The position numbers and the translations under genes were made by a program. A DNA stretch of 59,178 bases, the filler included. It is 4 parts of 4 records of this genome, joined end to end, with 100 filler letters (N's around TTAATTAATTAA, not from the genome) between each part and the next. Parts side by side here need not be neighbours in the genome. Positions count along the whole stretch, not along the records: positions 1 to 11,741 come from SRR20825006_2686; 3 more parts are not named here. One strand, 5' to 3'. Under the pieces are notes generated by a model, which saw only the letters and a list, made by a program, of their open reading frames with translations, was not told the origin of the DNA and did not search any database. Positions 1 to 7,637 of this stretch are shown in pieces (position 1 is the stretch's first letter; each line of letters opens with the position of its first letter).

Positions 1-4
1 AATT

Positions 5-30
5 CGACGGTCTTGGAAGACCATCGTACG
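5..30 (-). repeat. REP-like palindrome (GTAC-flanked hairpin)
   Basis: CGACGGTCTT-GG-AAGACCATCG is a 10-bp inverted repeat with one mismatch (G.U on the minus strand), flanked by TAC. It lies just downstream of the stop of the 41..1543 gene. Confidence 0.45.
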
Positions 31-40
31 GGGCGGTGAA

Positions 41-1543
41 TCAGGACGGATTGTGCTCTGGCAGTGCCAGACAGAGGACTGTTTGGTCGCCGCGGATGAG
101 CATGCGGTCACCCACCACAACGGGAGCGGACCAGCAGGGGAATTGGAGGGCTGGTCGATTCGGAGTGTTTTCATCTAGATTCCAGACCGCCAACTCGTCA
201 AACCGATCTGGCGTCGCGCGGACGATGTGAAGCGAGCCGGTTTCTTTTAACACCAGCAAGACGTCGCCCAATCGGGTTGCGGTGCTGCGCCGCCGATCCA
301 GGGCGGTCCAATTCACCTCCCCGGTGGCGAAATCAATGCATCGAAAATCGCTGTCCGGTGCATTGCGTCCGCTGCATGCGTAGAGGTAGCCTTCGTGAAG
401 AATCGGCGTCGACATATGCGAACGCAAAGATTGCGATCGCCGACGACCCACGGGATCTTTCCAAACGGTTGCGAACGTCGCTTGGTTGTCGTTCACGCTG
501 ATGTCATAAACAGCTGAACCTGCGTCGTAGCAATCGCTGATCAAGGCACGATTGCCATCAACGATCGGAACCATCGCGTTGACGCTCTCCAGGATGTCTG
601 CTCGATGATAGACCTTCCCGAGCGATTTTCCGTCAGTCGGATCCAACACCCACAAATGATCGCGAGCAAACATGAGCAGGTGTTCTTTGCCCCCGATCTG
701 GATTGTTCGCGGGCTGCTGTAACTAGCCAAGTCATCGCCGCCGGTCCAAATGATTTCGCCGGTAGATCGATCCAGCGACACCATGAGTGTGCCTTCGGGA
801 ACAACTCGATCGAGTCGTCCGGGAGCGAGCGATTGTTGCTCTTCAGGACTGCCGCCAACCATCACGATGACTTGTTGGCCAATGATCAACGGTGCGGACC
901 CGACGCCGAAGAAGTTCTGAACGACGTCGAACTGCTTGTTCAATGAAGCCGTCCAAAGTTGATCGCCTGAGTCGCAACTCCATGCGGTCAATTGACCGGC
1001 AACGCCGTAGGTAAAAATTTGGGCGTCCCCGGAATCATCATTCAATTCGGCGATGGTCGGACTGCATCGTGGCCCGGTTTCGTACCCGTACATGTCTCGG
1101 TAGTCGAGCGGATACGAACGAGTCCATTTGACCGCTCCAGTGATCAGGTCGATCTTGCGAAGTCGTTCGGAATCGTTGGTTGCGTCGAAGTGAAAATAGC
1201 TTTCGCCGCGAACCACACCGATGCCGTAGCCGTCTCCCACATCCAGAGCCCAATGGAATTTGGGTTCGCTCTTCCAATCCAACGATGCGATGGAGTCGGG
1301 AGCCGATTTTGCCAACTTCGCACTGCCGCTGAAATCGTCGTTCAGAAAACGTGGCCAGTCGGGTTGAGTCAGCGGCGACTGGGCTCGTCCGGTCGAGACC
1401 ACGACGAATGACAAGACGATTGCACCGACGAGACAGAACCACGTCGTTTGCGATCGATCACAGTTCGGCAAAAACGGAATCGCGATGGAGCTGATTTGAT
1501 GTGGGTGTCGCGGCATCATGCAGCGGGCTCTTGGAGCGGTCAT
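41..1543 (-). CDS. PQQ-like/BamB-like beta-propeller repeat protein, exported
   Basis: 500-aa ORF with a hydrophobic signal-like segment, 'DWPRF' N-terminal motif and repeated 'D..TG...W' propeller blades ('YSSP', 'WSAPVV'), typical of the expanded planctomycete PQQ-like family. Start uncertain. Confidence 0.8.
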   Translation of the reverse strand: MTAPRARCMMPRHPHQISSIAIPFLPNCDRSQTTWFCLVGAIVLSFVVVSTGRAQSPLTQPDWPRFLNDDFSGSAKLAKSAPDSIASLDWKSEPKFHWALDVGDGYGIGVVRGESYFHFDATNDSERLRKIDLITGAVKWTRSYPLDYRDMYGYETGPRCSPTIAELNDDSGDAQIFTYGVAGQLTAWSCDSGDQLWTASLNKQFDVVQNFFGVGSAPLIIGQQVIVMVGGSPEEQQSLAPGRLDRVVPEGTLMVSLDRSTGEIIWTGGDDLASYSSPRTIQIGGKEHLLMFARDHLWVLDPTDGKSLGKVYHRADILESVNAMVPIVDGNRALISDCYDAGSAVYDISVNDNQATFATVWKDPVGRRRSQSLRSHMSTPILHEGYLYACSGRNAPDSDFRCIDFATGEVNWTALDRRRSTATRLGDVLLVLKETGSLHIVRATPDRFDELAVWNLDENTPNRPALQFPCWSAPVVVGDRMLIRGDQTVLCLALPEHNPS

Positions 1544-1665
1544 CGACGGTGGTGGGTTGGAAGCGGTGATTGGATGAGAAATCGAAAATCGAAATCGGAT
1601 GATCCGGTGGGAGCGGAGCCGCCAATGGTGGCTACCGCTGAGAATGCATTGTAGAACCTGAGGCT

Positions 1666-2094
1666 ATGGCTGATTTACCAGTAACAAGTCGTTTTGTCAT
1701 TTCAGAAGCGGACCTCAATTGGTCGGCGTCGCGAAGTGGCGGTCCGGGCGGACAAAACGTCAACAAAGTCAATTCCAAGGTGACATTGCGCTGGAAGCCG
1801 CAGCCGCAGACCGGGTTTGACGAATTTTGGTGCAAACGTTTCGTCACCCAATTCGGAACTCGCATCAACAAAGAAGGCGAAATGGTCCTGCATAGCGAGG
1901 CGACTCGGGACCAATCTCGAAATCTTGCCGACGCTCGTGAACGGTTGGTCTCGATGTTGCTGGGATGTCGTTTGCCCCCCAAAAAGCGAAATGCGACACG
2001 GCCGACGCTGGGCAGTAAGCGGCGACGGTTGGAAGGAAAGCGACAGCAATCTGAGAAGAAACGGCTGCGTGGAAAACCTCGTGTCGACGATTGA
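1666..2094 (+). CDS. arfB: alternative ribosome-rescue peptidyl-tRNA hydrolase ArfB (YaeJ)
   Basis: 'SRSGGPGGQNVNKVNSKV' GGQ motif, 'RDQSRN' and a basic C-terminal tail (PPKKRNATRPTLGSKRRRLEGKRQQSEKKRLR); 142 aa. Confidence 0.95.
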   Translation: MADLPVTSRFVISEADLNWSASRSGGPGGQNVNKVNSKVTLRWKPQPQTGFDEFWCKRFVTQFGTRINKEGEMVLHSEATRDQSRNLADARERLVSMLLGCRLPPKKRNATRPTLGSKRRRLEGKRQQSEKKRLRGKPRVDD

Positions 2095-2116
2095 AGGTTC
2101 TCGTTTGGCGGGCCCT

Positions 2117-2125
2117 TGTTATACT
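2117..2125 (+). promoter_or_regulatory. extended -10 promoter element (TGnTATACT) for the UVR-protein/regB unit
   Basis: TGTTATACT in the intergenic gap, about 77 bp before the 2202 start. The same TGnTATACT occurs before regA. Confidence 0.45.
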
Positions 2126-2201
2126 GACAGGGCGCGAATCGGATGAAATGATTTTCGCCAACAATCTCCTCCACTTCGAATCTTTTTAGCGTCCCTGCTC
2201 A

Positions 2202-2936
2202 ATGAAGCGTGCTCGGCATCTTGACGATCTTCTTCGCAATTGGGAATTCGACCCCAGTTCGCTCAACGTCCGCCTAATCAAAGGCAAAGATGATCGAGAC
2301 GTCATCCAGATGCGAGTCGACATGGGCGTTCTCCAGTTGGAGACGACCGGTCGCCCCGATGGCGAATTGATCGAAGCCAGCGAAACGTATTTGCAGCACT
2401 TGCAAATGACTCGGTTGGAAAACGCGGATGCGGAATTGACCGAAAAAGACTGCAACGAAATCGACCGCGAATTCATGCAGTTTTACCACCGCCGGATTTG
2501 CTGGTTGCGTCTGCAGTTCTATCACCGTGCGGTGATGGACGCCGATCACACGCTGCGTTTGATGGATTTGTGCGAGGAAATGTCGGACGATCCCGAATGG
2601 ATCTCGTCGCACGAACAGTATCGACCCTTTGTGCTGTTTCATCGAACGCAAGCGGAAGCTCTCGGAGAGCTGGAAGAAAACACTCCTGAGGAAGCCATCC
2701 AGGCGATCAATCGTGGGTTGGACACGCTGCGGGAATTCTTCGTCAAGCACGAAGCCGAAGAGCACTTCGATGAAGACGAATTGATCGTGCGATTGGTTGA
2801 TCTTCGCGAGTCGCTTCGGAACGAATATTCCGTCGGCCAAACGTTGCGAGAACGCTTGGACGCCGCTGTGCAAGAAGAGCAGTACGAGTTGGCAGCCAGG
2901 CTGCGTGATGAGCTGACTCGCCGCGAAACCCACTGA
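2202..2936 (+). CDS. UvrB/UvrC (UVR) motif-containing conserved protein
   Basis: C-terminal 'LRERLDAAVQEEQYELAARLRDEL' is a UVR coiled-coil motif. N-terminal 'IQMRVDMGVLQLETTGRPDG' is characteristic of a PVC-group family. Confidence 0.8.
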   Translation: MKRARHLDDLLRNWEFDPSSLNVRLIKGKDDRDVIQMRVDMGVLQLETTGRPDGELIEASETYLQHLQMTRLENADAELTEKDCNEIDREFMQFYHRRICWLRLQFYHRAVMDADHTLRLMDLCEEMSDDPEWISSHEQYRPFVLFHRTQAEALGELEENTPEEAIQAINRGLDTLREFFVKHEAEEHFDEDELIVRLVDLRESLRNEYSVGQTLRERLDAAVQEEQYELAARLRDELTRRETH

Positions 2937-2951
2937 TCGGGTGAATTTGCC

Positions 2952-4364
2952 ATGCCGCTGATTGCACCGGCACCTCTGGGGTCGTCCACGTGGTTGTTGC
3001 AATTACGTACTTTCGCGATCGTCGGCCAGCTCATCACGATTCTGTTCGCTCGATTGCTCACGCCCACGTCGTTGCCGATTGGCGCGTTGTTGGTGTTGGT
3101 GATTTTCACCGCGATCACCAATGGTGCCTACGGTTGGTGGCTGTCTCGAGCCGAACGCAACCGCGAGGAATCAAACGGTGAATCCACGATGGATCCCGCC
3201 ACTGGGCTCAGTTCCGCAATGACGTCGCCGATCGCGGATTCGCAGGCCAGTTTGTTGAGCGAATTCAAATCAGAGACGCCGTTGCGATTGGCGTTTGTGT
3301 TGATGGCGATGGATCTGATCACGCTCACCGCGATGTTGTATTTGACAGGCGGAGCCGACAATCCGTTCAGCCTGTTTTACTTTGTCAACATTGCGATTGG
3401 TGGAGTTATCCTGACCGCGCCGTTGACTTGGACGCTGACCGCGCTGGCGATGCTGGGGTATGTCGCGTTGCTGATTGATTCGCGACCCGTTGCGGGGCTG
3501 ACGATCCAGCCCGCTGAGACGCCTGATTGGTTGATCGCGACGTTGGATTTGCGAGATTGCGGATTGTTGTTTGCGTTTGTGACCTGCGCGACGGTGCTGG
3601 CGTATTTTGTGACTCGCATTTCACGCCAGTTGCGTTTGCGAGAACAAGACTTACGTCGCAGCCAATCCGAACGAGCCGACGCGATGCGATTGGAAGGACT
3701 GACGACTTTGGCGGCGGGAGCGGCTCACGAATTGGCGTCGCCATTGTCCGCGATCGATGTGGCCTGCCGCGAATTGACGCGGCACTTGGAAGACATACCG
3801 AAACCAAAATCGGTTGACGAAGACCTGTCGTTGATCGATGGGCAATTGTTGATGTGCCGGCAAATTCTTTCGCGAATGCGAGCCGCGTCGGGTGATACCG
3901 CGGCACAGCGATGGAACCGGACCACGCTGGGCGATTTGATTGACACGGCATTGGAAGGCATCCGCGATCCACACCGAGTCGAAATCATCGAGTCAGATGA
4001 TGATGCCTCATGGGAAGACCAACCCATGTGGTTGCCCGAGGAAGCCGTTGCTCAGGCGATCCGCAATCTGATCCACAATGGATTGGATGCCAGCGAATCG
4101 TCCGAATCCGTTGCGGTTGAGCTGCTCGTCGATGGTGACGAGGCTCGGCTGCAGGTGCGTGACCAGGGGCAAGGCATGTCGGATGAGGTGCTTGATCGAG
4201 CGGGTGACCCGTTTTTCACCACCAAAGAACCCGGCCGTGGGATCGGGCTGGGATTGTTTCTGACTCGAAACGTGATCACTCGTTTGGGTGGCACATTGAA
4301 ATTCGATAGCACACCAGGAATGGGAACCGTTGCGACGGTTCGCTTACCGCTTCCGAAGGAATGA
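2952..4364 (+). CDS. regB: RegB/PrrB/ActS-family redox sensor histidine kinase
   Basis: About six TM helices with the 'GGADNPF' (GGxxNPF) quinone-binding motif, H-box 'AAHELASPL', redox-box Cys 'MCRQIL', and N/G1/F/G2 boxes (NLIHNG, DQGQG, PFFTTK, GIGLGL). Confidence 0.88.
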   Translation: MPLIAPAPLGSSTWLLQLRTFAIVGQLITILFARLLTPTSLPIGALLVLVIFTAITNGAYGWWLSRAERNREESNGESTMDPATGLSSAMTSPIADSQASLLSEFKSETPLRLAFVLMAMDLITLTAMLYLTGGADNPFSLFYFVNIAIGGVILTAPLTWTLTALAMLGYVALLIDSRPVAGLTIQPAETPDWLIATLDLRDCGLLFAFVTCATVLAYFVTRISRQLRLREQDLRRSQSERADAMRLEGLTTLAAGAAHELASPLSAIDVACRELTRHLEDIPKPKSVDEDLSLIDGQLLMCRQILSRMRAASGDTAAQRWNRTTLGDLIDTALEGIRDPHRVEIIESDDDASWEDQPMWLPEEAVAQAIRNLIHNGLDASESSESVAVELLVDGDEARLQVRDQGQGMSDEVLDRAGDPFFTTKEPGRGIGLGLFLTRNVITRLGGTLKFDSTPGMGTVATVRLPLPKE

Positions 4365-4435
4365 CCTCCCTCCGCTCGGGTTGGCTTCATGCTCACCGTG
4401 GCGTGTTGGCCGTTACAGCCGGTTGTTGAGGTGTG

Positions 4436-4494
4436 GCGACTTGCCGCATTCACACCGGCCGTGGGGCTGAATCGTTGCTTTCGACTGCTATACT
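4436..4494 (+). promoter_or_regulatory. putative regA promoter: extended -10 (TGCTATACT, 4486-4494) and RegA-box-like GCGAC-TT-GCCGC (4436-4447)
   Basis: Motifs read directly. The half-sites match the RegR/PrrA box GCGGC...GTCGC on the minus strand, but with a 2-bp spacer. Confidence 0.35.
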
Positions 4495-4535
4495 GGAACG
4501 CCCGTACCCCCACCGACTGATGCAATGGTGCAACG

Positions 4536-5201
4536 ATGAGTTTCTCCGATTCCAACAGTGGCAACGACGGTGTGCTGCCTTATCCCAGTCCATCGGACGT
4601 CTGCACGTCCGAAACCGTGGGTGCAGAAAGCATTCTGCTGGTCGATGACACGGTTGTGCTGCGAGAGCGGATGGCGGTGGCGATGCAAAGCCGCGGTTTT
4701 CGCGTTTTGACCGCTGGCAACTACGACGAAGCCGTGGCGGTTTTCAGTCAGTCACCGACGGATTTAGCGGTCTTGGACTTGAGAATGCCAGGCCGCAGCG
4801 GGTTGGATCTGCTGCGTCGGTTGCTGGAAATCAAACCGGATTGCCGAGTGCTGATGTTGTCCGGATTTGGAAGCATCCCCGCATCAATTGACGCGGTGCG
4901 TGCTGGTGCGGTCAACTTCCTCAGCAAACCCGCCGACACCGACGACATCCTGTCCTCGTTCATTCGTGGCGAAGGACAGAACGTACCCGAGGGCGGCTTG
5001 GCCTTTCCCGCACCGTCGCTGGCTCGCAACGAGTGGGAACACATCCATCGCGTGCTTTCGGATTGTGGCAACAACATCTCCGAAGCCGCCCGCCGACTGG
5101 GCATTCACCGACGATCACTGCAACGCAAGCTTCGCAAGCGTGCTCCCGAGGATCCAAAGACACCCGCCGCGGACGAAGTCTTTGAGGACGATGAGGTCTG
5201 A
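4536..5201 (+). CDS. regA: RegA/PrrA/ActR-family response regulator (REC + Fis-type HTH)
   Basis: REC domain (LVDD, VLDLRMP, KP) plus the diagnostic 'SLARNEWEHIHRVLSDCGNNISEAARRLGIHRRSLQRKLRK'. Confidence 0.92.
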   Translation: MSFSDSNSGNDGVLPYPSPSDVCTSETVGAESILLVDDTVVLRERMAVAMQSRGFRVLTAGNYDEAVAVFSQSPTDLAVLDLRMPGRSGLDLLRRLLEIKPDCRVLMLSGFGSIPASIDAVRAGAVNFLSKPADTDDILSSFIRGEGQNVPEGGLAFPAPSLARNEWEHIHRVLSDCGNNISEAARRLGIHRRSLQRKLRKRAPEDPKTPAADEVFEDDEV

Positions 5202-5205
5202 TTCT

Positions 5206-5312
5206 TGTGGAACGCTGAAGATGTAGAAGGTTGGCCGTGTAGAAGGTTGGCTGTGTAGAACGCTGAGGCCCCTCAGCGTTCCGCGACAAAACCTTCTCAG
5301 CCTTCCACCACA
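5206..5312. repeat. four tandem 16-bp TGT(A/G)GAA-headed units followed by inverted degenerate copies (REP/BIME-like mosaic)
   Basis: Units TGTGGAACGCTGAAGA (5206), TGTAGAAGGTTGGCCG (5222), TGTAGAAGGTTGGCTG (5238), TGTAGAACGCTGAGGC (5254). Then CCTCAGCGTTCC (5271, inverted) and weaker inverted copies AACCTTCTC and GCCTTCCAC. Confidence 0.6.
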
Positions 5313-5320
5313 ACCAAAAC

Positions 5321-5355
5321 AAAACCCCGCATGTGAGAACACATGCGGGGTTTTT
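5321..5355. terminator. bidirectional rho-independent terminator
   Basis: AAAACCCCGCATGTG-AGAA-CACATGCGGGGTTTTT, a perfect stem between convergent regA and the Cys-rich gene. Confidence 0.8.
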
Positions 5356-5399
5356 GATTTTCACTTCGATGGATTGAGTCCAAACTCAATCAGCACAGA

Positions 5400-6116
5400 C
5401 TAGATGTCGGTGTTGGCATCGGGTTGTGGTACTGGAGGAGCAGCTTCTTCCACTTGGTCGCTGCTGCTTTTAACTTCTTCTGCTGCAGGTGCGGCAGGAG
5501 CAGCTTCTTCGGCTGCGGGAGCTTCTGCAGCAGGAGCTTCGTCAGCAACTGGAGCTGGAGGAGCAGCTTCTTCGGTGGTTTCAGCGTCTGCGGCAGCATC
5601 AGCAACAGGAGCGGCTGGAGCAGCTTCTTCCGTTGCAGCAGCAGCTTCGCCGGTGACGACGCTACCAGGAACCAAAGTTTCGCCTGGAGCCAGGTCGAAA
5701 CCTTCGCTGCTTTGCATGACGGAACCTTCCATCACAGGAGCAACTTCGCCACCGCAGCAAGGAGCTGCTTCGACGACAGGAGCTGGAGCAGGTGCGCCAC
5801 AGCAAGGTGCTGGAGCAGGTGCAGCTTCGCAGCAAGGAGCGGGAGCTGGTTCGCAGCAAGGTGCTGGGGCTGGCTCACAGCAAGGTGCGGGAGCAGGCTC
5901 GCAGCAAGGCTCAGGAGCACAGCAGTCTTTGGCTTTCAGTTTGGCCAGCAATCCGCCGCCACACTTGTGAGCCTTCAAACCGCTGAACAAGCCGCCTGAG
6001 TTGCAGCATTTGTTCGAGTGCAAGAATTTGAATGCACTTGCACTGCTGCTGAAAGCCAACGAAGCACCCAACATCAGTGCAACGACGGCGGTACCCTTCA
6101 CCAAATTCCGATTCAT
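5400..6116 (-). CDS. secreted Cys-Cys / Pro-Ala-Glu repeat protein (hypothetical)
   Basis: ATG at 6116 follows a GGAG RBS (the ORF track extends to 6185). Signal peptide ending ...SSSASA, eight CC pairs in (CCEPAPAP)n repeats, and an acidic Ala/Pro/Glu tail. Confidence 0.8.
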   Translation of the reverse strand: MNRNLVKGTAVVALMLGASLAFSSSASAFKFLHSNKCCNSGGLFSGLKAHKCGGGLLAKLKAKDCCAPEPCCEPAPAPCCEPAPAPCCEPAPAPCCEAAPAPAPCCGAPAPAPVVEAAPCCGGEVAPVMEGSVMQSSEGFDLAPGETLVPGSVVTGEAAAATEEAAPAAPVADAAADAETTEEAAPPAPVADEAPAAEAPAAEEAAPAAPAAEEVKSSSDQVEEAAPPVPQPDANTDI

Positions 6117-6288
6117 GTGTTTCTCCAGAGTAAGTTCGGAGGTTTCGGTGCGATCCGAGTTCGCACGCTTGAATTGAGGTGGCATCCGGTCACCCTGATC
6201 GATTGCGTTACACTCCGGCCGTCATCCGCTCACAAGAGGGGGTTCTGGGGAGATGCGGTGACATTACCGCTTGCAGTGACTTTGCGTT

Positions 6289-6316
6289 ACGGTAGCTCGC
6301 TAGCAAATGTTGTCAA
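6289..6316 (-). promoter_or_regulatory. putative sigma70 promoter of the Cys-rich gene
   Basis: Minus strand TTGACA-N16-TACCGT, about 170 bp upstream of the 6116 start. Confidence 0.3.
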
Positions 6317-6790
6317 TTGCCCAGGTCGCCCAAACTCCTGTTCAGGCGATACTTGGGGAAAACAGCTCGTTGCCCAATCCACGCGGTGACCAGCCGATTT
6401 CAAACCAGGCTTTGGATGCGATCGTGAAAAGCCAACGTGCAAACGAGCGTTTTCAGGCAAAATCGCAAGTGAGCCAGAGCGACTCGCATCGTAGAAGCCA
6501 ATTCCGAAAGGCAACGCCGGAAACCGAGAAGGGCGTCGACGGTTCCGTTGTGCTCAATTCGTGGAGGATGATTGACCTTCGTTGCCAGTCAACGAAAAAC
6601 GCCTCGCATGACACCCAGGATCATTTTCTCGGGAGAGCGAGGCGTCTTGGTCGAACAGAGTCGAGTGTTTGATGGGTTTCGACTGATCGGAATCGGATTG
6701 CCGCCAATAGGATACCGAAGCAATTTGGCGGCTTATTTTGAGGCGATCAGGACTTGGGTCCCACGGGAATTCGGGTCCGATCCGGGGCAA

Positions 6791-7459
6791 CTATCGCTGA
6801 ATCGAATCGGTCGCTGTTGCGGCTGGGTTCGCAGCCGTTTGCGTTTGATCCTGAGCATTGAGAATGCGAGCCATCTCGTCGCCGTTCTCGAAGTCCAAGA
6901 TCAACTCAGGCTCGCCGGTTGCGATACCCAAAACCATGCCAGAGATCCGCCATCCTTCGCTTTGTTGAACGACGGGCAGGACAATTTGGAATTCCTGTTT
7001 GGTTCCGTCTGCCGCGGATGGTTCGCTCCAAACGCAGTGAACCAAGCGTGTCGGGTACTTTTGGCCTTCTGGCAGATGCTCCATTCCCACTTCTTCACTG
7101 CGGGTGATGGTGACTTCCGCGTCTGGCGAACCGATCGGTTGAACGGTGTGCCCGATCCGAGCCAATTCCGATTGAGCGCGTTCGGTCAGCAGCGTCATGG
7201 CGGTGTTCTCTGCACCACCACGGCGGATGCGGTCGAGGAACTGACCAACGACGGATTCGGCTTCTTCTGCCGACGCGGCGCTGTTTTGCGGCGAGGAAGC
7301 GGTTGATTTGGATGCGACCGCTTCAGGGGTGGACGAGCCACAACCGGTCATCGAGATCGTCGCGACGGCGACTGAGAAACCAAGAGCAAAACGACCAACG
7401 ATCCGCATGACTGAAACGGACATATTTTCCATCCCTGGAATTGAATGACTGACACACAA
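6791..7459 (-). CDS. hypothetical lipoprotein
   Basis: Lipobox 'ISMTGC', Ser/Ala linker and an NTF2-like-looking C-terminal domain ('EGWRISG'). True start probably a downstream Met. Confidence 0.65.
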   Translation of the reverse strand: MCVSHSIPGMENMSVSVMRIVGRFALGFSVAVATISMTGCGSSTPEAVASKSTASSPQNSAASAEEAESVVGQFLDRIRRGGAENTAMTLLTERAQSELARIGHTVQPIGSPDAEVTITRSEEVGMEHLPEGQKYPTRLVHCVWSEPSAADGTKQEFQIVLPVVQQSEGWRISGMVLGIATGEPELILDFENGDEMARILNAQDQTQTAANPAATATDSIQR

Positions 7460-7637
7460 ACAGCGATGCGTTCATCGCCAAGGTGGTGAAATAGTCAATT
7501 CAGACCCCGGGGGTCAACACGTTTGCGGGAATTCGCCGAGGAGCAAGGCAACACTCCATCGAATCCGCCACCACGTCATGACAGGCAAATTCTGCGACAC
7601 CGCAAATCAATGACCGCGTTGTTTTCGTGCGATATGC

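Noticed and set aside
2274-3002. Long antisense ORFs in GC-rich contig 1 (also 6572..7306, 8899..9510, 10804..11685)
   Set aside because: They overlap better-supported genes on the opposite strand, have no recognisable motifs, and are expected in GC-rich DNA.
5206-5312. Possible mini-CRISPR array
   Set aside because: Units are 16 bp and abutting with no unique spacers; no cas genes in the window.
5404-5999. Plus-strand ORFs with silk-like (GAGAGSQQ)n or Ser/Phe/Cys-rich translations
   Set aside because: Antisense shadows of the CC/PA-repeat gene, which has the RBS, signal peptide and terminator.
6117-6790. Possible c-di-GMP-I riboswitch upstream of the Cys-rich gene (ACGCAAAG on the minus strand)
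   Set aside because: The GNRA-loop P2 and receptor P3 hairpins could not be found; the match overlaps a plausible promoter instead.
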